Source: Eledone cirrhosa
Lineage: Eukaryota
Length of the DNA stretch: 64,000 nucleotides
Reading direction: 5' to 3'
NCBI GenBank assembly: GCA_964016885.1
Contig: OZ024742.1
Location: 67,022,001-67,086,000 of the forward strand
The notes under the pieces were generated by a model. That model saw only the letters and a list, made by a program, of their open reading frames with translations, ran no database searches and was not told where the DNA came from. The position numbers and the translations under genes were made by a program. Below are positions 13,776 to 29,136 of the stretch, piece by piece (position 1 is the first letter of the stretch; the number at the start of each line of letters is the position of its first letter).

Positions 13776-14232
13776 ATGTTTGCGATTTGTTAATAAATTG
13801 GTTTGTTTTTGTCTTTATGCCAATCGTTTTTATTTGAAATCTGGTGATGCTATTATTAAATTCATAATTTTAGTGCATAATAAACTAAAATCAAATTAAA
13901 ATTTCAATGAGAGAGTTTTTTTTTATTATTAAATATATATAATATTTTTTGCGGTGGGGGGCAATACTGTACCATTTGTTTAGAGTCACATTGACTGTTA
14001 GCTTAACATTTATATACAAAGTAGTGAGATAGTAATGTATGACTTTCACATGCATTTGAGCCTCACATAAAATATCCGTGTATGCACACACACACACACA
14101 CACACACATACACACACTCACACACATAAGATACCAACATATATATATGCATATTTATAGTGAGAGAGAGAAAGAGAAAGAGAGAGAGAGAGAGGGAGAA
14201 AATGTGAGAGACATAATATACACGCACATTCA

Positions 14233-14268
<36 letters not shown>

Positions 14269-14599
14269 GTGTGTGTGTGTGTGTGTATGTGTGCGTCTGA
14301 GTATGTGTGTGTGTGTGTGCAGGTGTGCGCGCGTATGACCTTTTGTGGCTTTCCCTCAATCAACTTGGAAATCCAGATCACAACAGGTTAGCTCTTCTGA
14401 GAACGCTGTTGACTCTCACTCCATATTTTTTCTGATGTCACAAACGAATTCTTTCTCTTTCAAACTTGCTTCTACATAATCTACATATTTGTGGATGATT
14501 TGTTCTACACACACAGCTTTGTTGTATCTGTGAAATATTTATGACATTACACGATCAGTCCGCCAATGCTTTCTTCTCCAGTTCCTGACGATCTGATAT

Positions 14600-15620
14600 A
14601 CTATACCTTCTAATTGTAAGGCCAGGCAGAATATCCTGGATTAAAATTGATATCCACGACATCGCACCTCCGCTGGAAATTATATACAATATCATCCTCG
14701 TACTTCACAATCTCCCACAATTTCTCATATTTTAAACACTTGTTTCGTAGACCCACTCCACCTATCCTCAGCAATCAATATATCCATCACCAGAATGTAC
14801 ATGCCAAGTTCAACCATGTTATAAATTCGTGACACTTAGGCATTATAGCAATATAGTTTCAGATTCTTTCGAAAATCTTAGTCATTAACATCATTCAAAA
14901 TACTGTTTCCTGGCTTACTTCGCCTAACATGTCGTGGTAATCTTTTCTCTAACATTTTAATATACACCTGGGTTTGATTTGATATTAATAATCACGCTGA
15001 TCTATTCAACACTTGACATTGTCAAGGATATCCTATCATGCAACATTTTCAGAATATGCAGAATATGCTCCAAAGATGTACATCTTCCACAACATCAGTT
15101 ACTTGTGCCGATCGATGTCCACCTGATAATTGTTTCTACTTTAGGCACAAGGCCAGCAATTACCCAGTGCATTACTGGTACTTTATTGTATCGACCCCGT
15201 AAGGACGAAAGGCAAAGTCAACCTCGGCGGGATTTGAACTCAGATCGTAAAGGGACGTAACTATGCTGGAAAGCATGGCGTCCGACCCTCTACCGATACT
15301 GCCAATCCACCACCTAATAATGATACACATGGAGAGAAGTATATTGTACACTGATATGAGAGGTGAATGAAATTTTGCTGATTCCTTTCTTACAACCTGC
15401 TACATCTTGTCAACGCACGTTGCCATCCAGATTCCAATAGTTTTCCGATAAAGATAATAAGATCTCATCTTCATTTGTTATTCTGATGGGATATCAGTGT
15501 GTATTCCATCTGTACGTGTCAAAAGCTTTTGTCCAGCACAGTTATGAATACTTGTTTCATATCAAATTTAGCCGCTGACAACCAAACTGCGTTTCTCACT
15601 CTTTATCACCTTCATGTTAA
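14600..15620 (-). pseudogene. Very decayed R4/Dong-like non-LTR remnant, interrupted by a SINE
   Basis: Minus-strand fragments such as KYEDDIVYNFQRRCDVVDINFNP resemble the ILWDF.I.CD...RPD restriction-like endonuclease region. Confidence 0.35.
15126..15315 (-). mobile_element. tRNA-derived SINE, full length
   Basis: Head ggtggattggcagtatcggtagag (A box), gagttcaaatccc (B box), conserved central domain and A/T-rich tail. Confidence 0.9.
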
Positions 15621-17295
15621 CACTATAAAATAGGTTTCATGGTAAATGAAAACGAAAGATTGACGCAGTGTCATGTAACATACAGATATAATAATTTAAT
15701 ATCTATTTGTTGAAGCTGAAAATTTGCTACAGCAATATGAATCTCAACCATGTGAAGCCTGGCGTGGTACCAGATAAATATATGTTAGCAAATATATTCA
15801 TCATAAGATTACCTCATAACATCATAACTCTAATCTCACTCACCATCGAAATCCTCAACATCATTGGCCGCCCCCAACAAATCGTGACGCCATTATTATT
15901 CTCATCATATCATTTAACAACATTATTTTCAGTGATATAATTAACAACAGCACGCTTCTGCTATCTACAATATCATTGCCTCTAACATTATCATGAAGAC
16001 ATGATTAATCTCATCGCAATTTTCACATCTCCATAAACCTCATCACTATCAAAATTCCTGTTATTTTCATCAGCTTTCATATAACATCATATCGACAAGA
16101 ACAGGAACAACAACAAAATATAACAGATCAACAATAAAAAGAAAACTATGAGGCTAACGTAATTAGTTTCGATATGTCATTTGGAACTAATGGGTTCATT
16201 AATATTAACCCCAATATTATTGCGTATTTAGAACGTATACCTACTGATTATTTCCATTGCGTTTCATTCTGTCTTGCGAATTCCACATTAGGTTTAGAAA
16301 AGGGAATAGAAAGGAAAATATACCACACACCAGATAAAAAAAAGCATCAAGATAAATAAAAAATTAATCTTCTTAACTTCAGATACTCCTGGATCTCTCT
16401 GTTGATATGCGGAATTTATCAGCGCTGTACGAGATAGCAATAATTCGGATTTTGTAGGCCATTGTGTAACTGTAATGAAACACACGGTAGGACTCTACTG
16501 TCTAAATAACTATTTCTTTGAATTTCAACAAATGTTTCCATTATACTAATCCGTTAACACACTTCGAATCAACAAGGTATTTGTGATAATCAACAGCATC
16601 GACTACGGTGAGCACAACTAACTGGCAATATATATATATATATACAGTATATCGAAACTTGATTGGTTAATATTTTATTATCGATTCTTGAGTGATGAAA
16701 GGCAACGTTGAACATTATATCATTTAATATTCGGAGATGAAACTAGAATATCCAACTAGGAAATCTGTCAGATGCTCACTACAAATTTGCCAACATACAA
16801 ACCTTTTTGCTTCAAACAGAAAGTCCACTGCTCTCTTAATCTATTAGTTATAACAGGCTCAAATACCACGCTCAAATATTATATTATCTTCATTAAATAA
16901 GATTAAATATTTTGAATATTATAATGACCGTATCGCATGAAAAATACTACTACTTTAGCAGTTACTGGAATAACTGAAAATTTCACTTGTATATTTTGTG
17001 GTGTATGGGTGTGATGTGGGGGTGGATTAGAGCTCCGCTCCAAAATGTTCTATGATTTGATTTGATATTTCTTATTGGCATACATTTGCAACGGTCTTCT
17101 GATAATCTATGTCAGATATATCGAAATATTATTCTACTGATCAGCTGTTAATTTATAATATACCACATCACTTTAAAATTATTTATTTCTACTTCTTTCA
17201 CAATTATTTTCCATATTACATTGAATTTGATAGTATTTCTTTCACGTAAAGTGATGTCTCAGTGGCTTTAATTCACACAGCGATAAAATGCGCGC

Positions 17296-17473
17296 GGCCA
17301 TCAATTTTGGGAGATTGGAAATTAACCCCAGTGTCTGACTGGTACTTTATTTTATCGATCTCGTATGGATAATAGGCAAAGTTAACCTCGGCGGGATTTG
17401 AACTCAGATCATAAAAGGCCGTAACTCTATGCTGCAAATAATGGCGTCCGACCCTCTACCGATACTGCCAACC
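17296..17473 (-). mobile_element. tRNA-derived SINE
   Basis: Homologous to 15126-15315. Confidence 0.85.
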
Positions 17474-17514
17474 TCAAATATTACATATTTGATGTTTCAT
17501 GTATATGTAGAGTA

Positions 17515-17855
17515 GCCATGAATCTGGTTCTGTTCTCAGTCCCATCGAATGTCAGTTTCGATAATTGTGTTCTATCATAATCTCGCGTTGATGAATGCAT
17601 TGTGATTGGAATTTTGTAAACCGAAGCTACTGAAGCCCACATATGTATAAGAGAGTGCCAGTGTGTGTACGTTCGTGAGTGAGCGTTTATATCTGTGATT
17701 ACCTCAGTGTTTGTATTCACGTCCTGTAATTTAGTGATTCGACAAAAATGATCGAAGAAATGATTACCAGACTTCAAAATAATGTCTTGTGGTCGTTACG
17801 ATCGAGCAACCATGTCGATACACAGCAAGCTCTCCATGTGATAACTGAAACCAAT
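17515..17855 (+). mobile_element. Old copy of a second octopus-type SINE family (another decayed copy at ~36720-36870)
   Basis: Decayed ggttc..tcagtccca, gaagccc, cacgtcctgtaatttag..ttcgacaaaa and actgaaac blocks occur in the order I recall for that family. Confidence 0.45.
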
Positions 17856-17958
17856 CAAAGCACACACACACACAAACACACACACTCATACACACACACA
17901 CACACACACTCTCATACACACATACACACACACGCACTCACACACACACACACACTCA

Positions 17959-18009
<51 letters not shown>

Positions 18010-18677
18010 ACACACACATATATATATATATATGTGTGTGTGTATGTATGTGTGTGTGAGAGAGAGAGTGTGTGTGAATATTGTTTGAATCTAAACACAT
18101 ATTTGCAACTATGATAATATTGGGGAAAATACCTGAAGGAAGAGATGAATAGTAGCCAGCATCCTCTAGAGAGAATCGGAATCTGTATCTCTTGAATTCC
18201 AGCCGAGTGCATAACCTTTACGTGTCTGTTTAACAGGGCTTTTGTGGTGATTTTAGTCAAGTTTCTAACGCTAATATCATTGTAGTCAGTCTGGGTGTGG
18301 ATTTCATTATTTAACATTTCTAATTAGGCAAACAAATAGAAATATCGTCATTTACACACACATTCACACAAGCATTATTTAACTGATTTACTCGAGTTTC
18401 CTTCAAAGACAGAAGGCATTAGCATGTAATTTCTTTCGTTAAATCGTTAAATGATACATAAACTGACAGTGTTTTACCAACCCATGTCCGAATGTCTCCA
18501 AAGTCGAAAACATTCGAAAATATCAACAAATTTATATTTATTTATTTATGTCATATATGCTCTGCGATGTAAAACTACAATGAGATGGAAATTTACAAAT
18601 TTAATTAAATTCTGAACTGTATTTTGCCAACGTTAGTATATATTGTATATTGCATTACCAACTCATCCACTATAGTT

Positions 18678-18721
<44 letters not shown>

Positions 18722-18722
<1 letters not shown>

Positions 18723-18916
18723 GTTATACCGGGTTGAATCGGAGGTAACCACAGTAAGTAAGGTACTCAATACATAGCAGAGTATAACAGTTTTAATATA
18801 GATGAGATTCTACAGGACTAGAACTGTTTCATTCATTAGAAATCATCAGGAATCTCCTGATGATTTCTAATGAATGAAACAGTTCTAGTCCTGGAGAATC
18901 TCATCTATATTAAAAC

Positions 18917-18917
<1 letters not shown>
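18722..18917 (-). mobile_element. Mini PLE pLTR insertion with snap-back inverted arm, in (TA)n
   Basis: 18789-18851 and 18855-18917 are near-perfect inverted arms with a 3-nt loop. The 67-bp tail is unpaired, and TA arrays flank both sides. Confidence 0.85.
18804..18856 (-). ncRNA. Type I hammerhead ribozyme
   Basis: gagattc CTGATGA t-ttc-taat-gaa-t GAAA cag ttctagtc ctG TA gaatctc: 7-bp stem I, 4-bp stem III, GUA site, U.U at the base of stem II. Confidence 0.8.
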
Positions 18918-18947
<30 letters not shown>

Positions 18948-18959
18948 ATATATATATAT

Positions 18960-19012
<53 letters not shown>

Positions 19013-19117
19013 GGTTGCACAACAGTTAGTTCACAATACCGCGAACAAATGTTTCACCATAGCGGATCCTCAGCTCGTAATCTATATATGTATGTAATAA
19101 ACAACGTAAGAAAATTA

Positions 19118-19190
19118 TTCCATTTACCAACGGTTTCGCGAAGACAGACGAGCTCAATAGACACGTATGAAATCGCTCGTCAGAATGAAA
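19118..19190 (-). ncRNA. Type I hammerhead ribozyme, canonical core
   Basis: tttcatt CTGACGA gcga...tcgc GAAA cc gtt gG TA aatggaa: all three stems pair. A decayed second core (CTGAGGA...GAAAC) follows at ~19040-19078. Confidence 0.85.
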
Positions 19191-19383
19191 ATTTAACATT
19201 GACGTAAGATATGAATTAAAAACAAATGCTTTTACAAGTGTAAGCGAGGCCGAAATATAATAAAATAAAAATAAAAAATATATAAAATAAGATAAAATAA
19301 CGTGAAAATATAAACACTGATGCAGAACGTAAGCTTAGGGGGGAAAATATATACACATATATATATATACATATATACACAGA

Positions 19384-19449
<66 letters not shown>

Positions 19450-19608
19450 AAACATACTTACATACATACATACAGACACATTTATAGTAAGTATCGGAAT
19501 AGAATTTTAAATTAAAAAAAAAATTTAAAAGACAAAAATTATTGAAATGCATACATACTTGTCCGTGCACACACACACACACACACACACGTACATATAT
19601 ATATGTAC

Positions 19609-19676
<68 letters not shown>

Positions 19677-19682
<6 letters not shown>

Positions 19683-19811
19683 GTACGCAGACATAGAAAT
19701 AAGGAAATACATATAATTAGAAAAGTGTGTCTATACACAGCTAAACAAATTTTGTAGATAAAATTATATACACTATAAGATATACAACACGTATACATAC
19801 GTACACACAGT

Positions 19812-19893
<82 letters not shown>

Positions 19894-20040
19894 TATATAC
19901 GCATGTACGCATGTACGCAGACATAGGAATAAGGAAATACATATAATTAGAAAAGTGTGTATCTACACAGCTAAAAAAATGTAGTATATCAAATTATATA
20001 CACTATAAGATATACAGCACGTATACATACGTACACACAC
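19677..20040. repeat. Direct duplication of a ~130-bp unit, separated by CA/TA microsatellite
   Basis: 19677-19810 versus ~19907-20040 (catgtacgcagacatag...gtatacatacgtacacac). Confidence 0.85.
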
Positions 20041-20292
20041 ATATATAAATATATACACGCACATACATACACATACACACACACATATACACATATAAAC
20101 ATATACACACATACATACACATACTTGCATTCATAACATATACATAGGCATATATAGACATGCACATACACACACATATATATAAATACAAGAACACACA
20201 CACACTTATACATAAACACATACATATATACATACATAAACACGCTTATACCATATATAACTATGAATATATTATCTGAAAAAATTGGGGTT

Positions 20293-20698
20293 CCCGTTAA
20301 TACAATAATTGTTTCTACTTTTGGCCCTAGGCCAGCAATTACTCAGTGTATTACTGGTACTTTATTTTATCCACCTGTTAAGGATGAAAGGCAAAGATCA
20401 CCTCGGCCGTATTTGAACTCAGAATGGCAAGGGCCGTAACTCAATGCGTCAAAGCATGGCATCCGACCCTCTACCAATACTGCCAATCCACCGTTAAAAC
20501 AATAATTGTTTCTACTTTTGGCACAAGGCCAGCAATTATCCCTGTGCATTACTGGTACTTTATTTTATCGACCCCGTAAGGATGTTAACCTCGGCGGGAT
20601 TTGAACTCAGATCATAAAGGGAGGTAACTCTATGCTTCAAAGCATGGCGCCCGACCCTCTACCGATACTGCCAATCCACCGCCCGTTAATACAATAAT
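20293..20698 (-). mobile_element. Head-to-tail SINE dimer with triplicated target sequence
   Basis: Two SINE units. cccgttaatacaataat occurs at 20293 and 20682, and ccgttaaaacaataat at 20491. Confidence 0.9.
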
Positions 20699-20999
20699 GA
20701 AATGTAAAGGTGTATGTAGAAAGAGTATAACTATTAGGTAGAAAGAAAAAGCCTATGATTGAGTATTAGAGGTAGATGGAATGAGGGTAGTCAGAGTGTA
20801 TGTATTAAGGGTGGAACCAATGAAAGTGGTCGGTTTGAGTGTTAAAGGTATTATAAAAGGTGGGATATAATTAAAATAAATAAGTGGGTGTTTATTGTGT
20901 GAAAGGGGTGTAGTTAAATGTATGTGTTCATAAAGAGATCAAGTTAGTCAGTGGAAGAGTTAACTCGTAAAAGGAGGAAGTTCAGGGTGGTAGAGTGTC

Positions 21000-21053
<54 letters not shown>

Positions 21054-21817
21054 CGGGGTAAAAAATAATAGTTAAATGCAGTCCACTTAGGTATAGTCCA
21101 GTTATGGTATTCCAGGTAGTGGATGATATTAACGCTTGGCTTGGTTTGACTCAACAAGGCGTTTTCATAGTGATGCTGCGGGCATGCTGTAATTCCTATG
21201 TTGTAAACACTTGGAGTAATAATAAATCAGGAAAGAAGGTTGACATGGTTTGCTATACAAAAAAGGTTTTCAACCTCATAGCTGACAATTGTTTCTCTGA
21301 ACTGGTAGGTCTAGAGATCGTTATTCGCTTATTTTCACGTTACTCGATCGCCAATACAAAATTATAACCAGTCAGATCTTCGGAGCATGCGAGAATGAAG
21401 AAAATACACAGGCAAGAAAAGAATATACAGGCTACTATATGAAGTAGTAATGGCATTCAATTAGAACAATAACAACAATTACAACAATGCTATTAATAAA
21501 TTATTTGAGGAGACCCTGACATTACTTTGGTGGGTGGTATAATGTATCTAACATTACGGCGTGTAAAACTAGCTGTCATGAGGCAAAAGTAAGAGTTTGG
21601 CATGTACAGAGTATCGAAGTGTGTATCAATTTTAAATTATAAAGATAAGCCAGTGTTTACAGTCTTTCTTTTCATCTTCAATAGCATACATGAGTGGGAC
21701 GACACTGTCAAAGCTAAATAGTTGTTGAGTTAATACAGAGGTTAACTAAGTAATATACGCATATATTTACACACACACACACACATACACACCCACACAT
21801 ACACACACACACACACA

Positions 21818-21880
<63 letters not shown>

Positions 21881-22207
21881 GTATATATACACATGCATGT
21901 GTACCTACACACATACATACACATAAATATACACTCGTAAAAAAATATACATACATGCAAAGAGAGAAGCGTGCTAATTGTAATTATGGCAAAAGGAAGG
22001 TAAAGTTACGTTGTAGTAGTGACTTGAGAAAAACTAGGATTTAGGATCAAATGATGGCAGCAGCTGAGAAGGAATAAGTTTGTGGGTTGATGAGGTACTT
22101 ACAGACATTTGTGTGGTATAGACTTGTGAAGGATATAGTATACTTAATGAATATATTTCTGTGGGTAGTAGGTATCCTAATTTAAAGCTATGTTGTGTTG
22201 GTTCGAT

Positions 22208-22392
22208 TCACGGAGGTTTGAATCTTATGAATTTAGTGGCAATTCTATGTCTGCAGAAGATAGATCTTTCTAATTTATTGTTAAGTAGCCTTTTTACATT
22301 TTTGAGAATATATAATAGCTCAAGATCACATAGCCCGCAGTGGGACATCCCTGTACTATAGGTTTTAGCAGCCGACAACTTCGACCAGTCTA
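22208..22392 (-). pseudogene. PLE GIY-YIG endonuclease C-terminal fragment
   Basis: IDWSKLSAAKTYSTGMSHCGLCDLELLYILKNVKRLLNNKLERSIFCRHR (CxLC...E...LN...E...CRH). Confidence 0.85.
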
Positions 22393-22647
22393 TACCACAC
22401 AAATCTCTATACCACACAAATGTCTGTAAGTACCTCATCAACCCACAAACTTATTCCTTCTCAGCTGCTGCCATCATTTGATCCTAAATCCTAGTTTTTC
22501 TCAAATCACTACTACAATGTAACTTTACCTTCCTTTTGCAATAATTACAATTAGCACGCTTATCTCTTTGCATGTATGTATATTTTTGTACGAGTGTATA
22601 TTGATGTGTATGTATGTGTCTAGGTACACATGCATGTGTATATATAC

Positions 22648-22735
<88 letters not shown>

Positions 22736-23134
22736 TTGTCTGTGTGTGTGTGTGTGTGTAAATATATGCGTATATTACTTCGTTAACCTCTGTATTAACT
22801 CAACAACTATTTAGCTTTGACAGTGTCGTCCCACTCATGTATGCTATTGAAGATGAAAAGAAAGACTGTAAACACTGGCTTATCTTTATAATTTAAAATT
22901 GATACACACTTCGATACTCTGTACATGCCAAACTCTTACTTTTGCCTCATGACAGCTAGTTTTACACGCCCTAATGTTAGATACATTATACCACCCACCA
23001 AAGTAATGTCAGGGTCTCCTCAAATAATTTATTAATAGCATTGTTGTAATTGTTGTTATTGTTCTAATTGAATGCCATTACTACTTCATATAGTAGCCTG
23101 TATATTCTTTTCTTGCCTGTGTATTTTCTTCATT

Positions 23135-23253
23135 CTCGCATGCTCCGAAGATCTGACTGGTTATAATTTTGTATTGGCGATCGAGTAACGTGAAAATAAG
23201 CGAATAGCGATCTCTAGACCTTCCAGTTCAGAGAAACAATTGTCAGCTATGAG
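23135..23253 (+). ncRNA. Hammerhead with CCGAAGA core variant and long stem II insertion (inverted copy 21275-21393)
   Basis: gct CCGAAGA tctga-ctgg...ccag-t-tcaga GAAA caatt GTC agc, with palindromic stem III acaattgt. Confidence 0.7.
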
Positions 23254-23316
23254 CTTAAAAACCTTTTTTGTATAGCAAACCATGTCAACCTTCTTTCCTG
23301 ATTTATGTATATATAT

Positions 23317-23356
<40 letters not shown>

Positions 23357-23379
23357 GGTTCCTTACCACATTTCCTCCG

Positions 23380-23439
<60 letters not shown>

Positions 23440-23619
23440 GTATATAATGATTTTATTCTGTATCTTTGGTTCACCAAATTCTGTTCACAAGTCATTGGAC
23501 AACACGAGGCTACCATCACTCGCCCCGGCCTCCACGAAATGGGTCTAAACAGAGTATCTCCGAATCGTGGAGCAAATAGTTTAACTTCATCGCCATGCCT
23601 ACTACACAAAAGTAATCAT

Positions 23620-23801
23620 TTGGCAGTATCGGTAGAGAGTCGGACACCATGCTTTGACGCATAGAGTTACGGCCCTTGCCATTCTGAGTCCAAATCCCGC
23701 CGAGGTTAACTTTGCCTTTCATCCTTACGGGTTCGATAAAATAAAGTACCAGTAATTTACTGGGTATTTGCGGCCTTGTGCCTAAAGTAGAAACAATTAT
23801 T
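23620..23801 (+). mobile_element. tRNA-derived SINE
   Basis: Homologous to 15126-15315. Confidence 0.9.
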
Positions 23802-23937
23802 ACCACCATACAGCCAACTTTTATGGCTAAAATATGTGATAAAATAGTTACATTATTCCACTACTGTCCGAATCAGACATATAATAAATATAAATATTTA
23901 CCCAAACGAATTCAAAAACACACACACACACACCTAT

Positions 23938-24024
<87 letters not shown>

Positions 24025-24802
24025 CATACATACATACACATACACAAACACACACATATAAATATATTTATATTCATTGAAGATGACATGATCAAGATGT
24101 ACTACACCGTGTATAATTATTCAATGTACTTAAAAATAATTGGCTAATTAATGGTTTAATTAATGTACTTCCACGAGAACAATTCTTAATACAAATTATT
24201 CTATTTGGATATATAAAGATGATTAAAAATTCAGAAATTGCATGGAAATTTTAATTAGAATTACATAGTAACTGTGTTTCTCTAGTAGTAAATAACATTA
24301 TAGAGAAATGATTCGCTTAGATTCGTTAGTGTGAGTTGAATAGATTTTGAATAATGATGAAACCGAGGAGCATTTGTTGCAATATATACATTCCAGATTC
24401 AGACTGCATATACTCCTTTGCTGAGTAAAGAAGAAAATATAATTGATTTTTTTTTTTTTTTGTACATAATATAAAATTGTACAGAGCTCATGGTCTTGGA
24501 TATGCACATAGGTAATGTTATGTGTGCTAGGTGTAAAGTAAAAACGATTACATAGCTTTAATTTTACATTCCCTGCAGCTGGAATTTGGTCTACTTTAGG
24601 TGTTGAAACTCTATTCCAATGTTTTAATGTAATGCATTAGTCTGATAAATTTAGAATATTGCATGCCAGAGGATATACGCAGTCTTATGCTTTACACTTA
24701 AAAATTTAAATTCCATCCTTGAATTGCACCTTGTTTTTTATTCTTGGTAACGTGTCTTATGATATGAATCAATTTATTGTTATTTTTCATTATATATATT
24801 TC

Positions 24803-24900
24803 CTGAAGAGTTACGGTTTGAGTAGAACATCTATAATGGAGTAAATAACTAACTGGTAATATTGGATGTGATATTCGAGCCGCGTTGAAACGTCCGTACC
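24803..24900 (+). ncRNA. Decayed hammerhead relic
   Basis: CTGAAGA ... cggtttgagta/tattcgagccg stem ... GAAA cgtcc GTA. Stem I does not pair. Confidence 0.4.
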
Positions 24901-25656
24901 GATCTATAGATCAATAATAACAATATTATCCTTGGTTTTCTTACATTTTGAATTATATCTATACATATCTATCAAAACGATTAAACATTCTCATCGAAAA
25001 TGGCGGCAATAGAAACCACAACGGTTTTAAAAGACGATTCGTCAATTTTTCTTCCAGCCTTGCGATAATAAGTGATCTAGTGTCATTATGACTGCCTAGT
25101 ATACATTGCCTCGACTTAGTGTCTCTCTTGCGCACAAGCCAGCGTTCATGATTCTTAGAAATATTTCTTGTGTGGAATAATTTCGTTGTTCTATTCAGAA
25201 CTACATACACAACAATCTTGTGAGAAAACAGTTAAGAGCAATAAATCATAGGAAACTTACCATTATTAGAGCGTTACTTGACTGTTCTTCCAAGATTCAA
25301 AGAGTGAAAGCCAGTCATGAGATGGCTGAGATAATCGATTACTTAATAACCGTTGCTAAGAACGAAAATAATTTTTCTAAATTGCTACTTCATTTTATGT
25401 TCCTCTTTCGATTGCTCCCATACATAAAACGTGTTACATATGTTGCAAAGGAGTTCATGTAAAAAAAAAATAATTTCAAAGCATAGATGTGCTAACGATC
25501 TATTTTTATAATATTAATTTTCGTATTCTACGTGTGCGGCTTCTGTAGCCAGAACTGGGAATAATTTACAGAATAAATGAAATACATAAATTATTATTTC
25601 ACAAACAACTGAATAGAAGTAAATAGAGATTAATATTTATTTACAAACACAATATA

Positions 25657-25754
<98 letters not shown>

Positions 25755-26706
25755 GATATATACATAGATCGATACTGGAGTTAGGTCATAACTCCTATAG
25801 GTCACCTTGAGCCAATCCTATGCGAAACGTGCGTAACAGGTTGATACAAAATATTCCATTGAATAAACAACCTGTGACTAAAAATTCTCAAAAATGAAGG
25901 TAAACTTGACCACCGTATCTGTTCAATTCATTCCGACAATTATTATCATGCCCTTCCCCCAATATCATTTTACCCAATTTTCGGCGGAATTAATGTGTGG
26001 GCCACCCATTAAGTTTGAGTCATTTGTCATTAAACGTATTAACAAAGTAGAAATGTTAAGCCAGAGTAGCTGGTTATAACTCCGCTCCAGAATGTTCTAT
26101 GATTTGATTTGATCTTTCTTAAATTAACTCAACACCGTCATCATCGCATAGAAGTTGCATGCTTGGTGTGTGAGAAGTGGGATGGGACGAGAATATGAAG
26201 TAAAATTTAAACACATTTTTATATAAAGCTCGGCAATGAGTGGTTTACATTCTCGGGAATGGCTACTGGGTAATCAATTATCACATCCAGCTTGAAGGTA
26301 TCTTTCAATCCTGGAAGCAAATTAAGGCACTGTTTTGAGTAGGTTTACTGTTTTGTGGCTATCTACCAAATACTACTAATAAATATTATATATAACACTG
26401 TTCTGAATGCAGCAACACAATTATTACACTCGTGCCATATTTCTAACAATGGTGAACGCTGATTAGAAAGCAAGATCATTTCTACATAAATCTGTGGTAT
26501 TTTAGGCATAACATTTAATTATGCACCTAATACTTTAAGAGTGAAACAAATTTGATAATATCTATTTACAACTTAAAAAATTGAATAATTTTGCTTGGAT
26601 ATCCAATTCATCAAAGAACAAAATTTAAGCATGTGGTGTAGTTTACAATACCATTGTTTCGTATTCAGTGTACAGTAGAAATTCTGGAGTGACTGAATTA
26701 TATTTT

Positions 26707-26812
<106 letters not shown>

Positions 26813-27850
26813 CATACATGTATATGTGTGTGCGTGTCTATGTATGGGTGTGTGAGAGTGTATGTGTGCGTGCGTGTGTATGTGTATGTGTGTCCACGCG
26901 CGCGTGTGTGTGTAAAAAGATAAAGTTGAAAGAGGACGGAGGTATATTTAATGAATCTTGATTTTTTTTCTTTGTTTCTTTAATCAGAGTAATTTTTTTT
27001 TGTTTTTTTTTAATGATGTTTTTATAAAATGCTACTGATTCAGATGAGTAAATTCATCTTATCAAATGTTAAATTAAAAACACGTCAGAGATTAAATGTT
27101 GACAAACAATAAGTTAAAAACATCTCTTCTATGAGAAAATGAGCCTTTCTTCTAATGTTGCAACCTGTTACCAAAGAACAATAGTAACGAGTAATGACAG
27201 TTTTTGTTGAGCACGTTCCATTCAGAAATTCGACCTCATGAATGATATGCGAGTATTTTTAGTCTGTGTGAATATTTGAATATTTTAGGGCTTTGCATCC
27301 TATACATATGTGCCTGTACAGTAGAAATATTACATTTTTCTTCTTTTGATCCAGCTAAAATAGATGTCGATATACAATATTATCTCCCCCACATTTAAAT
27401 TTCTAGAATGCCAAATGGTATGCTTAAAGGAGTACGTAAATGGCACAGGGGATATTGATTTTATGGAAATGTTTTTAATAAGTTTTGATTTAAGTGACAT
27501 TTTCATATTTCTTTGAAGTATTGACAAAACATAATTATTAGATTTTGTCACTCACAATTTTCAATGTATATGAAGTGAATCAACAAAGCATATTTTGGTC
27601 TAAGTATTTGATGCATTTTCTGGCTTTATTGATATCCCATGCCGAGTTTAACGTTGAAAATGTTCTATATATGCTATAACGTGTGAACGTAATGAAACGT
27701 GATATTGACAGAGAATATATGTAATCACATATATAAATGAAAGTTCTCGTTTTTGTGTGCTCGACTAAAATTCATTCACACACACACACGTAAACACACA
27801 TACACACACACACACACACACTCCAATCACAAGCCAAACACACCACACAC

Positions 27851-29136
<1,286 letters not shown>

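Larger units (their letters stand above)
21054..23305 (-). mobile_element. 5'-truncated Penelope-like element with inverted pLTR, in (TA)n
   Basis: GIY-YIG C-terminus at 22208-22392 followed by a 1.15-kb 3'UTR/pLTR to 21054. 22407-23305 is the reverse complement of ~21222-22122. Homologous to 40571-46162. Confidence 0.9.

Noticed and set aside
15200-15315. tRNA gene
   Set aside because: The A/B boxes belong to a multi-copy SINE head, and there is no cloverleaf.
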